NCBI GenBank assembly: GCA_028698185.1 | Contig: JAQVDW010000005.1 | Location: 69,441-101,440 of the forward strand | DNA: 32,000 nucleotides | DNA from: Erysipelotrichaceae bacterium | GTDB taxonomy: Bacteria; Bacillota_I; Bacilli_A; Erysipelotrichales; Coprobacillaceae | Direction: 5' to 3' | In this document: positions 25,166 to 32,000 of the stretch, piece by piece | How the letters are laid out: each line of letters opens with the position of its first letter | How positions within the stretch are numbered: position 1 is the first letter of the stretch | Notes under the pieces: generated by a model | What the model saw: the letters and a program-made list of their open reading frames with translations, nothing else | Database searches by the model: none | Told to the model about the DNA's origin: nothing | Translations under genes and position numbers: made by a program

Positions 25166-26005
25166 ATGGAAGATATTATATTGAACAATGGGGTCAGGAT
25201 GCCAAAATTGGGATTTGGAACAATCAATCAGTTTGGCCAACAGGTCAGCGCGAATGTGAGCCATGCCTTGAATAATGGTTATCGGTTGATTGATACCGCG
25301 AACCGTTATGGCAATGAGACTGAGGTCGGCGTTGGTATAGTTGAGTCAGGTGTTGAAAGAAAGAATATCTTCCTGGAAACCAAATTAGGACCGACACTAT
25401 ACGAAAATGAGCAGGCTATCGATGATACATTGAAAAGGCTGAATGTCGATTATATCGATCTGATGATTTTGCATCATCCAGTCAACAACTACATCCATGG
25501 CTATAAAATGCTCGAAAAAGCTTATCATGAAGGTAAACTTAAGGCTATTGGAATCTCAAATTTTCCAGTCGAAAAAATCCAGGAAATCTTGGATCAGTGT
25601 GAAGTAGTACCTGCGGTCATGCAGGTGGAATGTCATCCTTACTACCCTGCTGAAGCGGTAAAGTCTTTCTGTGAAGAACACGGGATTGCCTTGCAATCAT
25701 GGTTCCCTTTGGGCCATGGCAATAGCGACATGCTCAATGATCCGGTATTTGTCGAACTCGCTAAGAAATACAATAAATCAACAGTTCAGGTTATTTTAAG
25801 ATGGCATATCCAGATGGGGTTCGGTTTGGTGTCGGGGAGTACCTCTTTGGAACATATCAAAGATAATGCCCAAATTTTCGACTTTGGTTTGACTGATGAA
25901 GAGATGACGCTGATTGCAACCCTGAACAAACATCGCCCATTTTACACAGTGACCCCGGAATCGTTGGCAAGAATGGCAACGACAAAATGCAATTTTGAAG
26001 AATGA
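25166..26005 (+). CDS. aldo/keto reductase (paralog 3, most divergent)
   Basis: AAGGAG RBS. LIDTANRYGNE, ETKLG and LMILHHP. Confidence 0.88.
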   Translation: MEDIILNNGVRMPKLGFGTINQFGQQVSANVSHALNNGYRLIDTANRYGNETEVGVGIVESGVERKNIFLETKLGPTLYENEQAIDDTLKRLNVDYIDLMILHHPVNNYIHGYKMLEKAYHEGKLKAIGISNFPVEKIQEILDQCEVVPAVMQVECHPYYPAEAVKSFCEEHGIALQSWFPLGHGNSDMLNDPVFVELAKKYNKSTVQVILRWHIQMGFGLVSGSTSLEHIKDNAQIFDFGLTDEEMTLIATLNKHRPFYTVTPESLARMATTKCNFEE

Positions 26006-26018
26006 GAGGGAAAACGAA

Positions 26019-27747
<1,729 letters not shown>

Positions 27748-27793
27748 CTGGAAAAAGACCAAAATAGGTAGTTAAAATGGAGGATTGAATCAA

Positions 27794-28153
27794 ATGGAAA
27801 ACAAAGTACTGGAAGCATCGCAAAATTTCTGGAAATCAATGGAAAATGCGGACGAAAAGGGAATGCGGTCATATGCCAAAGAAGAATGCCAATTCGTCCA
27901 TATCGGCATTACCTGTGACTTGAACCGGGAAATCGAGTTCTACACTAGCGGGACCTTCAAGCCTACTAGCATCATTTTCAATAACCAGGATGTCCGGATT
28001 TTCAACAATACCGCCATCGTCATCACCGATTGCGATTATGCATTGTTGTTGGATGGAAAAGAAACATCCCATCATTTTGCAGTAACCGAGGTTTACGTGT
28101 TCGAAGATACCTGGAAGCTGGTCCAATTCTCATTTACGGCATTGGTGTATTGA
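27794..28153 (+). CDS. NTF2-like (SnoaL/DUF4440-type) small protein
   Basis: ATG 27794 lies 9 nt after GGAGGA. Its ~119-aa size and the pattern FWKSMENADEKGMRSY...FVHIG...HFAVTEVYVFEDTWKLV are typical of the NTF2 cone fold. Confidence 0.65.
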   Translation: MENKVLEASQNFWKSMENADEKGMRSYAKEECQFVHIGITCDLNREIEFYTSGTFKPTSIIFNNQDVRIFNNTAIVITDCDYALLLDGKETSHHFAVTEVYVFEDTWKLVQFSFTALVY

Positions 28154-28165
28154 TTTCGAAATGAT

Positions 28166-28204
28166 GAGTATGAATTACGGACATAGGTAGGTCATACTCT
28201 TTTT
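28166..28204 (+). terminator. possible terminator (large-loop hairpin)
   Basis: GAGTATGA (28166-28173) pairs with TCATACTC (28192-28199), then TTTTT. The 18-nt loop is long for a terminator. Confidence 0.4.
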
Positions 28205-28239
28205 AGAATAATTGTGATTTGAGGAAAGAGGAAATAATT

Positions 28240-28860
28240 GTGAAAGTATTGATGATCAACGGCAGTCCTCATCTTAAAGGAAATACCAGAATCGCTTTTG
28301 AAGAGATGATTAAGATTTTTGAAAACCAAGGAATTGAAACCGAGATATTGAATATCGGCAACAAGGACATCCGCGGGTGCATTGGCTGCATGAAATGTAA
28401 AAATGGATCCGGCAAATGTGTGTTTGACGATATCGTCAATGAAACAGCAGCTAAACTTGAAGAATGCGATGGTCTGGTTGTCGGAACCCCGGTATATTTT
28501 GGTTCGGCCAACTCGACACTGATATCATTTTTAACCCGACTGTTCTATAGCACGTCATTCGACAAAACGATGAAGGTCGGCGCAAGTGTGGTTGTGGCCA
28601 GACGGGGCGGTATTTCAGCAACTTACGATGAGATAAACAAATTCTTCGCGATTTCCGGAATGCCGATCGCCTCGTCGCAGTACTGGAATGCGATCCACGG
28701 CCGCGAAGCAGGAGAAGCAATGCAGGATGAGGAAGGTCTCCAAGCAATGCGGGTCCTGGCGAGAAACATGTCATTCTTGCTTAAGAGCATTGGCGATGGC
28801 AAAGAAAAATACGGCTTGCCTCAAAAAGAAGAGTTTCATCGAACGAACTTCATAAGGTAG
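28240..28860 (+). CDS. flavodoxin-fold NADPH-dependent FMN reductase / iron-sulfur flavoprotein-like protein
   Basis: I prefer GTG 28240 (MKVLMINGSPH), 7 nt after AAGAGGA. The compact Cys motif CIGCMKCKNGSGKC (CX2CX2CX6C) and GTPVYFGS resemble Isf-type flavoproteins. Confidence 0.8.
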   Translation: MKVLMINGSPHLKGNTRIAFEEMIKIFENQGIETEILNIGNKDIRGCIGCMKCKNGSGKCVFDDIVNETAAKLEECDGLVVGTPVYFGSANSTLISFLTRLFYSTSFDKTMKVGASVVVARRGGISATYDEINKFFAISGMPIASSQYWNAIHGREAGEAMQDEEGLQAMRVLARNMSFLLKSIGDGKEKYGLPQKEEFHRTNFIR

Positions 28861-29118
28861 GGAGTTATCCAGACAAGATTATGAAATTCAAAAGAGATCC
28901 GTGAATGCCGGAACTCGACATCCTGATCCTTTTGAAACAATGGCAGTTCAATAGACTGACATATTTTGTGGGAGCAACACCTTTACGAGATAGTCAAACA
29001 ATAGAAAATATATTTAATCAGATATGCAAAATTCAAAATAAAACCTAACTAGAACAAAGAAAAGGGTATGGATAAATTGGCTGATTGATGAGTCGTTTAT
29101 GATATGCAAGGATACATT

Positions 29119-30090
29119 ATGGAAAAAAGAAAAATCGGAAAATTAATGGTATCACCTGTAGGGATGGGTTGCATGGCGTTTTCACATGGTTATGGCCAGA
29201 TTCCTGGAGAAGAACAAAGCATTGAAGCGATTCGCAAAGCTTATGAGTTTGGCTGCACGTTTTTTGACACGGCTGAAGTATATGGCAGCCAGCTTTATTA
29301 TACGGGGCACAATGAACAAATAGTTGGTAAGGCAGTGGAACCGTTTCGTAAGGATGTGGTTCTTGCAACAAAACTGTTTATCACGCCTGAAGAATATCAA
29401 TCAGGGCTGGAGGAGGCAATCCGCCGCCACTTGATCAAATCCCTCGAAAATTTGCGGACCGACTATCTGGACTTGTACTATCTCCACCGGGTCAACAAAG
29501 AGGTGCCTGTGGAAGAGGTTGCCAAAGTTATGGGTAAACTCGTCAATGAGGGATTGATTGCTGAATGGGGATTGTCGCAAGTTGCCAAAGAGACACTTGA
29601 AATCGCCCATCGCATCACACCAGTAGCGGCAGTGCAAAATTTGTACAATATGCTTGAACGTGACTGTGAACAGGAAATTTTCCCTTATTGTTTGGAAAAC
29701 AATATAGCCGTGATCCCTTTTTCACCGGTTGCCAGCGGATTGCTTTCCGGTAAAATCACATCAGATACGGAGTTTGAGAAAGTTGACGATGTGAGAAACT
29801 GGGTGCCACAACTTGCAAAAGAAAACCTATCAGGCAATCAGGCTATAGTTGATGCTTTGACAAGTTTTGCCAAGAAAAAAGGTGCGACAACCGCCCAAAT
29901 AGCACTGGCATGGATGTTGAAAAAATATCCCAATGTCATCCCAATCCCCGGTTCAAAGAATCAAGAACGAATTATCGAAAATCTGGGATCTTGGAATGTT
30001 GTCTTAAGTGACGAAGAATTCAAAGAACTTGATGCTATGGTTGATGGGTTTGAAGTTCACGGTCACCGAGGTATCGTCCAGTTTGCTTAA
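29119..30090 (+). CDS. aldo/keto reductase, long Tas/YajO-like subgroup
   Basis: MEKRKIGKLMVSPVGMGCM, FFDTAEVYG, ATKL and LYYLHR. 323 aa. The start is uncertain (29104 or 29119) because neither has a strong SD. Confidence 0.82.
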   Translation: MEKRKIGKLMVSPVGMGCMAFSHGYGQIPGEEQSIEAIRKAYEFGCTFFDTAEVYGSQLYYTGHNEQIVGKAVEPFRKDVVLATKLFITPEEYQSGLEEAIRRHLIKSLENLRTDYLDLYYLHRVNKEVPVEEVAKVMGKLVNEGLIAEWGLSQVAKETLEIAHRITPVAAVQNLYNMLERDCEQEIFPYCLENNIAVIPFSPVASGLLSGKITSDTEFEKVDDVRNWVPQLAKENLSGNQAIVDALTSFAKKKGATTAQIALAWMLKKYPNVIPIPGSKNQERIIENLGSWNVVLSDEEFKELDAMVDGFEVHGHRGIVQFA

Positions 30091-30588
30091 TTGAACTTTT
30101 TGATGATGTTCTTCAAATTCGGGATTTAATTGGTGTAACTGAAATATTTATGGGCTCTTGATTAGTTTGTGTGTTAGCTAAAATGCTTCAAACACTTATT
30201 ATTAATCGGTTTTGGTATTGAAAAAGCATAAATTTTTCTGTGAGATTTTTTGCTAAAGAAAAATCTAAAATACAAAGGTAAATGTATGCTCAATAAAAGA
30301 ATAATCAAGAATCTACTCAATGCCAAGCACACATGCATTGAAACCCACCTGTAAGAACGACCGCGTCATCGGGGATGTCTTCCATGCCCGCGATGCCCAA
30401 AAAGCGATCTTCGAGGCAACAAAGCTGGCAATCGAGCTGTAACATCGATATGAATTGGCAAAGAATCTTATTCGATAAATGGTGATCCTATTTGTACTAT
30501 TATGGATGTGAGAGTATAATAAGCTTAGATAAAGTGAAAATTATTAATTCCACAATCCATAATCGAATACTGAAAGGAGATTATCACT

Positions 30589-31077
30589 ATGAGTAAGATT
30601 CTGATCGCTTATTTTTCGGCTAACGGCCACACAGCCCGGCTGGCCGATACGCTGGCCAAGGCTATCGACGGCGAACTTCATGAAATCAAACCGATGCAAC
30701 CATATTCAAAAGCCGATTTGAATTGGAACGATATGCAAAGTCGGGCCAACCTGGAAATGCAGGATGCCCTTGCCAGACCGGAAATTGAAAATCCGCTTGC
30801 AAGTATCGAGGAGTATGATGTTGTTTTCGTCGGTTTCCCGATCTGGTGGTACAATGCGCCCCGGATCATCCAGACGTTTTTGGAAAGTTACGATTTTTCA
30901 AACAAGACTGTTGTCCCTTTCGCCACCTCAGGAGGCAGCGACATGGGCAACACGATTGACATTCTCAAACCATCATGTGCAAGAACGACAGTCTGGAAAC
31001 CGGGCAAATGTCTGCGTTCCTTTTCTGACCAGGCAATGCTGAGCAACTGGGTGGAATCCCTGGATATTTCCAGCTGA
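30589..31077 (+). CDS. flavodoxin
   Basis: AAAGGAG RBS. ILIAYFSANGHT phosphate-binding loop, FVGFPIWWYNAP and PFATSGGS. Confidence 0.85.
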   Translation: MSKILIAYFSANGHTARLADTLAKAIDGELHEIKPMQPYSKADLNWNDMQSRANLEMQDALARPEIENPLASIEEYDVVFVGFPIWWYNAPRIIQTFLESYDFSNKTVVPFATSGGSDMGNTIDILKPSCARTTVWKPGKCLRSFSDQAMLSNWVESLDISS

Positions 31078-31083
31078 CAAGAT

Positions 31084-31749
31084 ATGGAAGCTTATCAAGA
31101 TTTCAAGGCGTATTCGAGTCTCAAAGCCAAAACGCCTGTGGATGCCCTGGTAAAAGAAGCAATATCGAATCCCGGTCTGATTGAGCAATATCTTAAAATC
31201 ATCGACAATGCAAAAGGCGGCATCAAATTCGGGGCCGAAAAAGTGATCCGGCTGGTTAGCGAATCCAGACCCGAACTCGTCTATCCCTTTTTCCAGGAAA
31301 TTGCCGGCCTGATTGACAGTGAAAACAGCTTCATCAAATGGGGAGGAATCATCACCCTTTCCAACCTGGCGGGTGTCGATGAACTGGAACTGTTTCCTGG
31401 AATCTTCGAAAGGTATTTTGATTTGCTTAATGACAGGAAAATGGTGACAGCCGCCAATGTGGCCGGCAACGCCTGGAAGATTGCCAAAAGCTATCCGGAA
31501 CTCGAGCCGGAAATAACCCGCCGGTTGATCAGGGCAGTCGATAATGTCTATTACTACAAGGAGGAACCTTCGCCCGAGTGCAACAATGTGTTGCGCGGCC
31601 ATATCATCGATTGCTTCGACCGTTATTTCGAGGAATCCCGAAGTAAAGATAAAATAATCGAATTTGTGAGGAACCAGCTGGCTAATTCCCGGAAAAAAGT
31701 GGTTCTCAAGGCGGAATCCTTCTTTAAAAGGCATGAACGTTCTGCATAA
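31084..31749 (+). CDS. hypothetical alpha-helical protein (HEAT/ARM-repeat-like by composition)
   Basis: The ORF starts 7 nt after the flavodoxin stop on the same strand. Its sequence is more protein-like than the antisense 260-aa ORF. No recognisable catalytic motif and a weak SD. Confidence 0.5.
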   Translation: MEAYQDFKAYSSLKAKTPVDALVKEAISNPGLIEQYLKIIDNAKGGIKFGAEKVIRLVSESRPELVYPFFQEIAGLIDSENSFIKWGGIITLSNLAGVDELELFPGIFERYFDLLNDRKMVTAANVAGNAWKIAKSYPELEPEITRRLIRAVDNVYYYKEEPSPECNNVLRGHIIDCFDRYFEESRSKDKIIEFVRNQLANSRKKVVLKAESFFKRHERSA

Positions 31750-32000
31750 ACACAAATATATGCCGGATTTTTAGTGCATGGGGATCGGATCCGCCTGATA
31801 TGAGGGCACTGGATATGTCCAATAATCAAATGGATTACATCATAATTATTCTGGTTATATTGAAATAACAAGAATTTTTTAGGTTTAAAACCTTATCGTA
31901 TTGAAAGATATGAATACGACACATTTGAAGTGGCGACAAACCTGATATAAATTAACACAACTACCATAATGGTGACATGATCTCTCAAAAGCAGAAAACG

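Noticed and set aside
30973-31755. 260-aa minus-strand ORF overlapping the flavodoxin 3' end and the hypothetical gene
   Set aside because: It overlaps the well-supported flavodoxin gene, and its sequence looks like typical antisense translation. The co-directional plus ORF starting 7 nt after the flavodoxin stop is the more plausible gene, though its own support is only moderate.

Overview
Firmicutes-style chromosomal segment with strong AGGAGG-type RBSs and tight co-directional operons. I saw no rRNA, tRNA, CRISPR or transposase. The left part (1-8.7 kb) is an ordinary rhamnoside-utilisation locus: the 3' part of a GH78-like alpha-L-rhamnosidase, a secreted C-terminally anchored serine esterase, an AraC-type regulator, and rhaB-rhaA-rhaD-fucO. 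Next come a ~0.4 kb AT-rich non-coding gap and a lone minus-strand gene bracketed by copies of a 17-nt motif. Three unusual blocks follow. (i) 10.0-13.9 kb: a short ORF encodes a leader plus three tandem CGSACGAGDK units (57-bp in-frame repeat). After a hairpin attenuator come a radical SAM/SPASM enzyme, a nitroreductase-fold protein, a frameshifted DUF5131 (Gp37/Gp68) three-Cys protein and an MDR quinone-oxidoreductase-like protein, with the last three translationally coupled. I read this as a candidate undescribed RiPP or peptide-derived-cofactor operon, the best candidate for a novel system here. (ii) 14.0-20.3 kb: an HxlR/YodB-type regulator lies divergent from an operon containing a class-M-like sirtuin (QGD where canonical sirtuins have HG) and a macrodomain ADP-ribose hydrolase. 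The two are separated by a flavin reductase and two QueG-like Fe-S proteins and followed by a nitroreductase and a Bcr/CflA MFS pump. No GcvH-L or LplA2 is visible. (iii) 20.4-31.1 kb: a LysR-associated redox island with seven aldo/keto reductases (four in strict tandem), three flavodoxin-type proteins and an NTF2-like protein. Three genes are broken at homopolymer runs, so either the assembly carries indel errors or these are real pseudogenes. All functional calls come from motif recognition by eye; no database search was run.
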